Shown here: piece after piece, positions 1-8,277 of the stretch
Layout of the letters: every line of letters starts with the position of its first letter
Position numbering within the stretch: position 1 is the first letter of the stretch
Assembly: GCA_027371545.1 (NCBI GenBank)
Contig: DAHXMW010000024.1
Coordinates: forward strand, 3,139-67,138
Length of the DNA: 64,000 bases
Direction of reading: 5' to 3'
From: Candidatus Micrarchaeota archaeon
Lineage (GTDB): Archaea > Micrarchaeota > Micrarchaeia > Micrarchaeales > CABMGC01
Position numbers and translations under genes: made by a program
Notes under the pieces: model-generated
Told to the model about the DNA's origin: nothing
The model's database searches: none
What the model saw: the letters and a program-made list of their open reading frames with translations, nothing else

Positions 1-2027
1 TATGGGGCATGGTGATAGGCAAAGAGTATGGCGGACTTGGGTTTTCTCCCACTGCGCATTCAGAAATGATAGTGAAGCTAGGGTCGGCAAGCGCAGCTGC
101 TGCAGTTACGGCAATGGTGCCAAATTCCCTGGGGCCGGGGGAGCTTCTTATGCATTATGGGACCGAATCCCAGAAGGAGAAATGGCTTCCAAGGCTGGCA
201 GATGGGAAAGAAGTGCCGTGTTTTGCACTCACTTCACTAACTGGCGGATCCGATGCCTCTGGAGGGATGCATAACACCGGGACCGTCTTCGCAGGAGAGG
301 ATGGAAAACCAAAGATAAGGCTCGAGATATCAAACCGTTACATAACCCTGGCTCCTGTAGCAACACTTGTAGGGGTCTCTTTTGTACTTAAGGATCCGGA
401 TAACCTGTTGGGAAAGGGCAAGGATCCGGGGATAACGCTCGCCGTAGTCCCGGCCGATACTCCAAATCTCGCAATCGGGCCAAGGCACAATCCAATGGGC
501 ATACCATTCCAAAACGGGACAGTGCGTGGGAGTGGGGTCGTCATAGATGCAGAGGAAAGCATAATAGGCGGCGTATCTCAGGCAGGGAATGGATGGAGCA
601 TGCTAATGGAATCACTTGCAGTAGGAAGGGCCGTCTCACTCCCGGCGCTCTCGGCATCAGCGGCAAAAGTTGCAGCTATGTATGTAGGCGCATATGCACG
701 CATAAGGGAGCAATTCAATACTAATATAAGCAACTTCCAGGGAATAAAGGAGCCTCTTGCCCGCATAGCCGGCTACACTTACATAATAGACTCCGCAAGG
801 AAGACAACCCTGCAGATGCTTGAAGCTGGCAAGAAGCCCACAGTCCCATCCGCTATAATAAAGTATCATCTTACCGAGATGATGCGAAGCGTCTGCAATG
901 ACAGCATGGACATAATGGCAGGAAAAGGCGTGATGAATGGCCCTAAAAACATACTTTCCGAACTCTACAAAGCAGTCCCTATAGGGATAACGGTAGAGGG
1001 CGCGAACATAATGACAAGGTCGTTGATAATATTCGGACAGGGCCTAATGAGGGCGCATCCAAACCTATACCCCATGCTCAAGGCAGCGCAGGCTGGGGAC
1101 GAAAAAGAGTTCAGGACCCTATTTGTCAAGCATGCGAAGGACATCGTACGATACTTAACAGACAGCGAGCTGGGAATATCAAGAAACCAAGGAATTCCGG
1201 AAGGACTTCCAAAAGAACTGAAGGTTTATTACAGGCAACTCAACCGCCTCTCTGCCGGCTTTGCCTTCTCAGCCGCACTCCTCTCAGGCATCTACCAGGA
1301 CAAGCTCAAGTTCGAGGAAGACATAAGCAAGCGCTTGGGAGATATGCTAAGCTACCTCTACCTCTCCACCTCCGTGTTAAACAACTTCGAAGCGCAAGGC
1401 ATGCGGAAGGGCGACCTCCCACTGGTCCACTGGTCGATGCAGCACCTTCTTAACAAGTTCAAGGAATCATACGATGATCTTGCAGATAACCTTCCTATCA
1501 GGTCTGTCTCATTCGCCCTCAAGCATGCAATGTTCGCTGGAAGGGCCAGCTATAGAAAACCTGCAGACAGGCTTGGCTACGACCTCGCGGCAATAATAAC
1601 GGGCAACGGCGAGACAAAGGAGCGCCTCGTGAGTGGCATATACAGGCCATCAAAAGGAGAGCGATTCACAATCATGGGAGACGACGGGGTAGTAAGGGAA
1701 ACAGAGGAGATAAAACCGCAGGCTTTGGTTGAAGAGGCGCTCTCCGCATGCATAGCGGCAGAACCTATAGAAGCCAAAATAAGGAATTCATTAAAGTCCA
1801 TCACCAGACCACGAAGAGGCGAGGCTACCAAGTTGTATACAAACCTGCAGCTCCTTGCAAGTGCCGGAAAGGTCGAAGATAAAGAGTCGGTAATGCACGC
1901 TTCTCTCGCAGACGGAATAATAACACAAGAGGAGTTCAACATCCTGGGAACTGCGGAGCGCCTAAGGAAAGAAGTGGCCGAAGTGGATACATTCGCAAGC
2001 GATATGCGCACCGTATTAAGAAGCTAA
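1..2027 (+). CDS. fadE: FadE-type long acyl-CoA dehydrogenase, 5' partial (N-terminus upstream of window)
   Basis: The frame is open to the window edge. It is colinear with E. coli FadE as I recall it: KEYGGLxFS, VPNSLGPGELLxHYGTxxQKxxxLPRLAxGxExPCFALTS, RYITLAP, TVEGANIxTRSxIIFGQG, LPLVHW. Confidence 0.85.
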   Translation, partial: WGMVIGKEYGGLGFSPTAHSEMIVKLGSASAAAAVTAMVPNSLGPGELLMHYGTESQKEKWLPRLADGKEVPCFALTSLTGGSDASGGMHNTGTVFAGEDGKPKIRLEISNRYITLAPVATLVGVSFVLKDPDNLLGKGKDPGITLAVVPADTPNLAIGPRHNPMGIPFQNGTVRGSGVVIDAEESIIGGVSQAGNGWSMLMESLAVGRAVSLPALSASAAKVAAMYVGAYARIREQFNTNISNFQGIKEPLARIAGYTYIIDSARKTTLQMLEAGKKPTVPSAIIKYHLTEMMRSVCNDSMDIMAGKGVMNGPKNILSELYKAVPIGITVEGANIMTRSLIIFGQGLMRAHPNLYPMLKAAQAGDEKEFRTLFVKHAKDIVRYLTDSELGISRNQGIPEGLPKELKVYYRQLNRLSAGFAFSAALLSGIYQDKLKFEEDISKRLGDMLSYLYLSTSVLNNFEAQGMRKGDLPLVHWSMQHLLNKFKESYDDLADNLPIRSVSFALKHAMFAGRASYRKPADRLGYDLAAIITGNGETKERLVSGIYRPSKGERFTIMGDDGVVRETEEIKPQALVEEALSACIAAEPIEAKIRNSLKSITRPRRGEATKLYTNLQLLASAGKVEDKESVMHASLADGIITQEEFNILGTAERLRKEVAEVDTFASDMRTVLRS

Positions 2028-2072
2028 TTGCAAATTATAACTAATCAAGCACTTCCTGTACCATGTGTTTGG

Positions 2073-2510
2073 ATGCGACTCTGGTCAATAAAATTCGAAT
2101 ATCTCGATTCCAAAGGCATTGTTGCCCTCTGGAGGGAGTCCCTTCTAGCCAAGGCAGTTCTTGAAGGGAAGACGAAAGGCTACACCAAACACCCACAATT
2201 GTACAGGTTTATGCTCGCAGAAGACCCAATTTCCGCAATAAATGCGTACTTACATCATATACATTCAGAGTCTGTCAGAAGAGGCTACAGTTTTGACATA
2301 AGCAGGGTACAAAATGCTAGTGCACCAAGAATGCCAATATCGCAAGGGCAACTTGACTACGAACTGGGGCTGCTAAAAGCAAAGCTGAAGAAAAGAGACC
2401 AAAATGCATATGAAAAATTACAGCGTGTGATAAAAGCCGAACCTAACGCTATGTTTGTGCCGCATAAAGGCGGCATAGAAGAATGGGAGAAGGCAAAGGA
2501 TATCATCTAA
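2073..2510 (+). CDS. Pyrimidine dimer DNA glycosylase family protein (DenV/Pyr_excise-like)
   Basis: The internal Met at 2073 gives MRLWSIKFEYLDSKGIVALWRESLLAKAVLEGKTKGYTKHPQLxRF, the N-terminal signature of this family. The ORF-track start at 2028 directly follows the fadE stop and is probably too early. Confidence 0.7.
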   Translation: MRLWSIKFEYLDSKGIVALWRESLLAKAVLEGKTKGYTKHPQLYRFMLAEDPISAINAYLHHIHSESVRRGYSFDISRVQNASAPRMPISQGQLDYELGLLKAKLKKRDQNAYEKLQRVIKAEPNAMFVPHKGGIEEWEKAKDII

Positions 2511-2633
2511 TGACAATACTGCCATTTTTTATATATAATATACTCAATAATCGCATACGACTGCAAAAGTGATAAGACGCAACAACAGATAAGGACCAAA
2601 GCAACCGGCAGGAAGCTGGTAATCTTAGGCACG

Positions 2634-4763
2634 TTGCTAATCTTTATATTTGGCGCAGCGCAGATTGCAATATTAAACATCGAGTTTGCGAGCATTTTAA
2701 ATCCTCTAGTCGGCTATTCGCACCAATCTCCACTAATCCCCAGCGGCCCGTATTTCATCAGTCCTGACATATTCGGCTTTAACCTTGACATAATAATTTT
2801 CGGCATCCCGCTGCTGCTCATATCGGCTATGTCAATCATATCTGCTTACAAAACAAAGCAAGATAACGCCACAAAGTGGGCAAAATTACTGCTTCCGTTA
2901 TCTATTCTGCTAATTGTTGTATCTGTGGCCGAACCCCATATACTGTTCGACAATTACTCGTTTCTGTATTCATTTTTGCCATCGGCAACCGGTCTGATCA
3001 GTAATGCACCTGCGCTTATCAGCGCGGGAGAAATGCAAGCTCCATTGCTTGGCATCACCACCACGCTAATCCTTCCAATAATTGCGTTGGCCGGTGCACT
3101 GCTTGCAATATATGGTTCCTTGCTTTCCATCTGGAACGAAAACAGGGAGTATGCCATCAATGTCGTAGCAATTGCTATTGTAATAATCGCTTTGCTCTCT
3201 GCTGTATCGTACTTTGCAGTAAGTAGCGACAACGCTGCTGCAATAGCGCATTTGAATGGAGAGATGGCAGCATATAACACGGGATACTCTTATCTCCTCT
3301 CAAATGCAAGCCTCTACACTTCGACCATAGGCCGTGCCTCACTTTCTGGAATAACCAACAGCTCTTTCTACAACCTGCTGCTGGCTGCAGAAAGGCCACA
3401 CGATAACCTCTCGTCTTTTTTCACTGCATACGACAGCATCACCCCGCCAAGCAACCCGGGCTATATGGATTTCGGGGCATACAATCCTATAGTCAGGGCA
3501 GTCACTATAGCTTCCGTAGGTTTTTCTGGCTTGCCAGTTGACGCCTATACTCTATTCCCGTATGGCGCGCCTTCCAACTGGCTGGACAACATGACAGTAT
3601 CCAAAGGCCAGCTGTCCCTCGGCCCAGCAGGATCCATATATGTTGTGCCACCATTTGCTTCTACCCTAAAGAGCATATATGAGTTAAACTCGGTAGGGAA
3701 TGGCGAGTTGCTCGCATCTGCGGCCCTAAACAATATGTTCTCATGCGATTTATTCCATGACAATTCTCGTGCGCCTGCGTATTATGGCGTATCTATCCCC
3801 GTACAAAACCAGCAATTCCTGGGCGGTTCAACAATTACCGGGGAATCCGAAATCACAAAGGCGAGTGCGTTCGGGTCAATCGGTCAGTTGCCCATAAAGC
3901 TGCTCGCCATAAGCATGGATGTAAATGGCCTGCAAAAAGGCTTAATGAACGGATATTTCCAATGCTCCAATCCGGGCACGCCCGCCAATTCAACCACCAA
4001 TACTACTAAGTTTTCCGTCATGCAGCTGTTTTACATGCTTTCACTGGTTCAATACAATGGTTACGGAACCTCGCAGATACTGCTAAACCAGAGTTTTGGT
4101 CCAAGCATAGAGTTTGTAGGATACCAAGGGAACTATCTTATCGTAAACCTTGGAAACCTGAACTTGACATCCAATGCCCCAATCAAGGCTTATATCGACA
4201 ACAAGAGCATTAATTACTCTAGATACTTCAACTATCTTCTCTATCAAAATCTAACCTTATCTCCCGGATTCCACAATCTTGTAGTTACAATAGGGGGCAA
4301 CAACACATCAGAAACCAAGTTAAATGCGCAGTTCTTCGTCTCTCCGTTCCTCATGCTAAGTTCAACAATGAACGAATCCGATATACGGATCAGCATCACA
4401 AATCCTTCAAGCAAAAGTATCGTAATACACAACCCTGAGTTATTCGCAAATACCACAAATCCGGAATTGAATGCAAGCTTCCAGGATATAGGCTACACAT
4501 ACTCCGGCATAGACAACGTCAGCCTTGCAGCCGCATATAATCTCACTTCAATTACAAACAGCACAGGGTATAATATTACTGCCAAGGCAGATCAGATTCC
4601 ACTGAACAGCCTTGCCAACTTCACACTCGGTGCAAATAAAACAATGGCTCTGGTATACGTGACAGGGCAGTACTGTACAATAGGCCAGGCTTATACATAC
4701 TATCTATACACTAATACAAGCGTTGGGAACTACTTCCAGGTTATCCTTAATAGCTGCACTTAA
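2634..4763 (+). CDS. Polytopic membrane protein with large NxS/T-rich extracellular domain, function unknown
   Basis: 709-aa ORF with about 6-7 hydrophobic helices in the first ~210 aa, followed by ~500 aa rich in N/S/T/Y with many N-x-S/T sequons. No STT3/AglB WWDYG motif. Confidence 0.5.
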   Translation: MLIFIFGAAQIAILNIEFASILNPLVGYSHQSPLIPSGPYFISPDIFGFNLDIIIFGIPLLLISAMSIISAYKTKQDNATKWAKLLLPLSILLIVVSVAEPHILFDNYSFLYSFLPSATGLISNAPALISAGEMQAPLLGITTTLILPIIALAGALLAIYGSLLSIWNENREYAINVVAIAIVIIALLSAVSYFAVSSDNAAAIAHLNGEMAAYNTGYSYLLSNASLYTSTIGRASLSGITNSSFYNLLLAAERPHDNLSSFFTAYDSITPPSNPGYMDFGAYNPIVRAVTIASVGFSGLPVDAYTLFPYGAPSNWLDNMTVSKGQLSLGPAGSIYVVPPFASTLKSIYELNSVGNGELLASAALNNMFSCDLFHDNSRAPAYYGVSIPVQNQQFLGGSTITGESEITKASAFGSIGQLPIKLLAISMDVNGLQKGLMNGYFQCSNPGTPANSTTNTTKFSVMQLFYMLSLVQYNGYGTSQILLNQSFGPSIEFVGYQGNYLIVNLGNLNLTSNAPIKAYIDNKSINYSRYFNYLLYQNLTLSPGFHNLVVTIGGNNTSETKLNAQFFVSPFLMLSSTMNESDIRISITNPSSKSIVIHNPELFANTTNPELNASFQDIGYTYSGIDNVSLAAAYNLTSITNSTGYNITAKADQIPLNSLANFTLGANKTMALVYVTGQYCTIGQAYTYYLYTNTSVGNYFQVILNSCT

Positions 4764-4798
4764 GCGTATCACACCTTTGCCCGATTGCTTGTATCATC

Positions 4799-5443
4799 AT
4801 GTTAATCAGTGAGAACATGCAAAGCACAAAGACTCCAAGGCAATTTTACACAGAGCTCGGATACAAAAAGCTAGCGGAGAGAAAGCCATCCCCATATACC
4901 AAATCCGAGCTTGCATATCTTATTAGGCTAATCAGAAAGAGCGACAACATACTGGACCTGGCATGCGGTTATGGCCGGTTTACGATACCTATAGCAAAGA
5001 AAGGCTACCATATAGAAGGGATCGATATAACCCCGGCATTTATCAAAAAAGCGAGGGAAGAATCCCGCAAGAACCACACGAAGATAAGATTCCGCATAGG
5101 CGACATGAGGAAACTTCCATATAAAACCGGAAGTTTCAGTGTTGTGATATGCATGTGGGGCGCATTCGGCGAGATACTTGGCAAAAGAGACCAGAAAAAA
5201 GCCATACTTGAGATTTACAGGGTCCTTAAGCCTGGCGGATTCGCCCTCATAGAGGTCCACAGCAACAAGTCAAGCGATTACCAGAAGCCTGGTAAAATTG
5301 CAGGAATTATCTCAAACCCGCACTATAAGCACAACAAAGAGAGCTTAAGAAATCTTGTGCGCATAGCAAACATCGGCAAGTCGCGCGTATTCACGGATGC
5401 CTTTGGTGGCAGGACGCGCCTTTTCCTCCAGTTTTGGAGGTAA
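4799..5443 (+). CDS. Class I SAM-dependent methyltransferase
   Basis: Motif I ILDLACGYGRF, acidic post-I residue in IEGIDIT, and LKPGGFALIE (motif III region). Confidence 0.8.
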   Translation: MLISENMQSTKTPRQFYTELGYKKLAERKPSPYTKSELAYLIRLIRKSDNILDLACGYGRFTIPIAKKGYHIEGIDITPAFIKKAREESRKNHTKIRFRIGDMRKLPYKTGSFSVVICMWGAFGEILGKRDQKKAILEIYRVLKPGGFALIEVHSNKSSDYQKPGKIAGIISNPHYKHNKESLRNLVRIANIGKSRVFTDAFGGRTRLFLQFWR

Positions 5444-5511
5444 GCATCCCATTAAGATGTTTGCCAATAGGTAAAAATATGCTTACGCATAGAGCCGGAG
5501 CCTGAAATAAA

Positions 5512-6102
5512 TTAATCGAATCCGTCATTCTGGCTTCCCGCAGCAAGTGTGGGCACTGCATTCATCTGCGTTTGCCCATAACTAAAGCTTCCTGTTAGAG
5601 GTCTGGTCAAAACCTTTACTCCTGCATACAGGAATATTATTCCATATATCAGGAATGTGATTGACCCAAAAGATAAGCCTAATACGAAAAAAGCAAACCC
5701 TACTATGAGCATGATCCACGAAAACCCTTTTCCGTTTTGCGCTTTAGCCTGATTAAAGCCGCCCATCCCGCTTCTCCGAGCCCCACTGCCCTGGCTCTGG
5801 AATGCATTCTGATACTGTCCCATAGTCGTAGATCTCTGGAAGCCTCCTCTACTGCTGCCCACTCCGTATCTTTGCGTTCTCTGCCCTGACTGGGAAGCAT
5901 ATACTGCAGCAAAATTCGGCGTTCTAGTTATTGCAACTACCAGAAAGAAGAATATAAATGAGAAGAGGAGAAGCACTAGGCCTATTGGCCATATGAAAAG
6001 CAGCATGCCTAAGCCTATAAAAAGGCATAATGCGCCAAGTGTGGCAAAAAGAACCCCCAAAACTGATGGCATACTACCAAATAAATCTAAGGCGAAGAAC
6101 AT
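5512..6102 (-). CDS. Hypothetical membrane protein with G/Q/S-rich linker
   Basis: 196-aa ORF with hydrophobic helices at both ends and a central low-complexity G/Q/S/R segment. No recognised motif. Confidence 0.45.
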   Translation of the reverse strand: MFFALDLFGSMPSVLGVLFATLGALCLFIGLGMLLFIWPIGLVLLLFSFIFFFLVVAITRTPNFAAVYASQSGQRTQRYGVGSSRGGFQRSTTMGQYQNAFQSQGSGARRSGMGGFNQAKAQNGKGFSWIMLIVGFAFFVLGLSFGSITFLIYGIIFLYAGVKVLTRPLTGSFSYGQTQMNAVPTLAAGSQNDGFD

Positions 6103-6133
6103 TTAAATATATATTATCCAAATATCAACTGGG

Positions 6134-6556
6134 GTGCCAAATATGGCTTCTACAAACAATGTATTTACAAGCGATCTTAGCACGTCGGATTTCTGGCTGC
6201 TGATGGATAAGGGATGGATGCCACTGGGTCTTGTACTGGGAAACTCGGTATACAGCATGGGAGTTGTAGGTGGCCTGGGAAGCTCGCTTAAGGGCATGGC
6301 AAAAGGTGAGGTGCCCCAGATAACAGAGCTTATGTACAACGCAAGAGAGCTTGCACTTGGAAGGATGAAGGACGAAGCTACAAAGCTCGGCGCAGACGGT
6401 GTCGTTGAAGTCAAGCTTAGTGTAATACCAATGGGGAGCTGGATGGAAGTTACCGCAATAGGCACGGCTGTAAAATATGTCGGAGCCAAGGACAGCGGCA
6501 ACACGAAGCAAAACAGCGCTACAAAGCCAACCATAGTCCTGCCACTCGACAAATAA
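6134..6556 (+). CDS. YbjQ/UPF0145 family (putative heavy-metal-binding) protein
   Basis: FWLLMDKGWxPLGLVLGNSVYSMG ... ARELALGRMKDEAxKLGADGVVEVKL matches the YbjQ-family pattern as I recall it. Confidence 0.7.
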   Translation: MPNMASTNNVFTSDLSTSDFWLLMDKGWMPLGLVLGNSVYSMGVVGGLGSSLKGMAKGEVPQITELMYNARELALGRMKDEATKLGADGVVEVKLSVIPMGSWMEVTAIGTAVKYVGAKDSGNTKQNSATKPTIVLPLDK

Positions 6557-6565
6557 CCAGATTAG

Positions 6566-7381
6566 ATGCCAATAACTGACGCTGAGCGGAAAAAGATAAA
6601 GGAACACAGGTTTAGCGAGAATATAGAAGGTTTGGACAGCACACATACCGTTGTTCCAAGCATCTCAGCAGAGGAGACCATCGCAAGGGGGCTTGAGATG
6701 GTAGCATCCAAACCCTCTTCCCTGCTTATCAACGTACCCGGCAGCCTTATCTTTGCGCTATACGCATTTTCCCTTCTTCTCTCTCCGTCTCTGTCTAATA
6801 TCGTATTATACACGCTCCTGTTCTTTGTGCTCGAGATATTCGTTGCATCTCCTTTCTCTTCCATATCAAAATCAAGGTTCGCAAATACCGCCGCGGCAAA
6901 GCCTGCCGATTCAATGATTATATCGCTAATCTACCTGGAGCCATTAGTGCCTGCCTTCTTCCTGGGACTGATTATAGTGGTGCTTAAGAGCCTTACACTA
7001 TTCAGCCCTGCCTACATAATTGTATTCCTAATACTGCTCGCAATCGTACTGATGCTCTACATACTAAACCTCGATTCCTCAATTGCCGTTTACATACTCC
7101 ACGATAAGGGAATCAGGAGAGATACGGCATTGAACAGAAGCTGGCTCTTCCTGAGCGGGCAGTCGCTCTCTGTTCTATCGGTAAACGCTGTAGTATATAT
7201 GCCTCTTGTGATTGCAGTAGTGATCGAATACCTCCTCGCCGGGAGCCTATTTGTGTGGTACCTCCTTCCAATAACCTTCATACTCGCCGACCTTGCATCA
7301 TCATGGTGGGAAGCCTGCACTTACTACATCTACGAAGTGACAAAAAAGAAATCGAAGCCGATGCAATACTCAAAGCTCTAG
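6566..7381 (+). CDS. Hypothetical polytopic membrane protein
   Basis: 271-aa ORF with at least 5 hydrophobic helices. No recognised motif. Confidence 0.5.
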   Translation: MPITDAERKKIKEHRFSENIEGLDSTHTVVPSISAEETIARGLEMVASKPSSLLINVPGSLIFALYAFSLLLSPSLSNIVLYTLLFFVLEIFVASPFSSISKSRFANTAAAKPADSMIISLIYLEPLVPAFFLGLIIVVLKSLTLFSPAYIIVFLILLAIVLMLYILNLDSSIAVYILHDKGIRRDTALNRSWLFLSGQSLSVLSVNAVVYMPLVIAVVIEYLLAGSLFVWYLLPITFILADLASSWWEACTYYIYEVTKKKSKPMQYSKL

Positions 7382-7524
7382 CAACCAAATGCTAAAACCT
7401 ATTGAGCAATCAAAACTATGAGCGGCAGGGTTGATAAAGCAAATTGGAAAATGCTGCTTTTCATTTGCTGATAAATGCTATTTTTGAGCTTGAAATAAGG
7501 CAGACCTATTAGATATTCAGATAA

Positions 7525-7947
7525 CTACGTTTGTTCATTCCAACCGTTAGTTATGGTATTAAATCTACATATCAGAGGGCTTTCTAAACCTTTTACTAAA
7601 TCAATCTGTAGCCACTTGTATGTTCTTTTTCTTCTAGGCTTCCATGCGTAAATCTCTATTTTCTTGTCTTTCCGAAGCCCTTCATAAATGCCATTTACGC
7701 TCTCCAATTTCTCATTGTTTTTCCGATGATGGCCTTTTAATCTCTTCTCGAGGGTTGTGTCTTTGCCTTGGCATATCCCTATATACATTACTTTATCATC
7801 CATGGTATAAGCGTAAATTGCCCTTTCTTCAAGCAGCTTTAAATTATCGTCTAATCTTGGATTTATATCCTCTCTTGTTAGTTCCCATCCTCCAACCTTC
7901 TTGAAACCATAGCTAATTAGGGTTTGGACATCGGCATTATTGGCCAT
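7525..7947 (-). CDS. GIY-YIG nuclease superfamily protein (small, stand-alone)
   Basis: AIYAYTMDDKVMYIGICQGKDTTLEKRLKGHH fits the GIY...YIG...R...H pattern, with a downstream LESPLICRFNTxxNGWN segment (Glu/Asn). Start placed at MANNAD; the ORF extends to 7977. The region is AT-rich. Confidence 0.6.
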   Translation of the reverse strand: MANNADVQTLISYGFKKVGGWELTREDINPRLDDNLKLLEERAIYAYTMDDKVMYIGICQGKDTTLEKRLKGHHRKNNEKLESVNGIYEGLRKDKKIEIYAWKPRRKRTYKWLQIDLVKGLESPLICRFNTITNGWNEQT

Positions 7948-8113
7948 AAATAATAAAACTACAAAAAGATTAATCAATCTACAGGATTTGAATCAGACTA
8001 CAAACCCAATAAAGCACTTATAAAATTATACGGCGAAAGTCTGCCTGCTAAGATTGCCAGCCAAAGCAGGCGAGGAGCATCTTGGAAGTGCCACGTGCGG
8101 CTAAAAAATATGC

Positions 8114-8127
8114 AAGCCCCGAGAGGG
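8114..8127. repeat. 14-bp direct copy (AAGCCCCGAGAGGG) of the 3' end of tRNA-Thr at 14169-14182; candidate distal att site
   Basis: Exact 14/14 match read from the sequence. The flanking bases differ on both sides. Confidence 0.5.
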
Positions 8128-8277
8128 CTGCAGTATTAGAGGTTGCCTTCCGTGTTTTTACAACCATATTATTACCAAATATATATTTTATATAAAAAAA
8201 TAAAAGTCTATCGCTTTAAATCATGTGCTATATATAATATGCGTTACGAAAATATAATTATTAGATGAATTGGTATC

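Noticed and set aside
6103-6646. 149-aa and 173-aa minus-strand ORFs
   Set aside because: Both are antisense to the YbjQ-family gene, which has a clear family signature.
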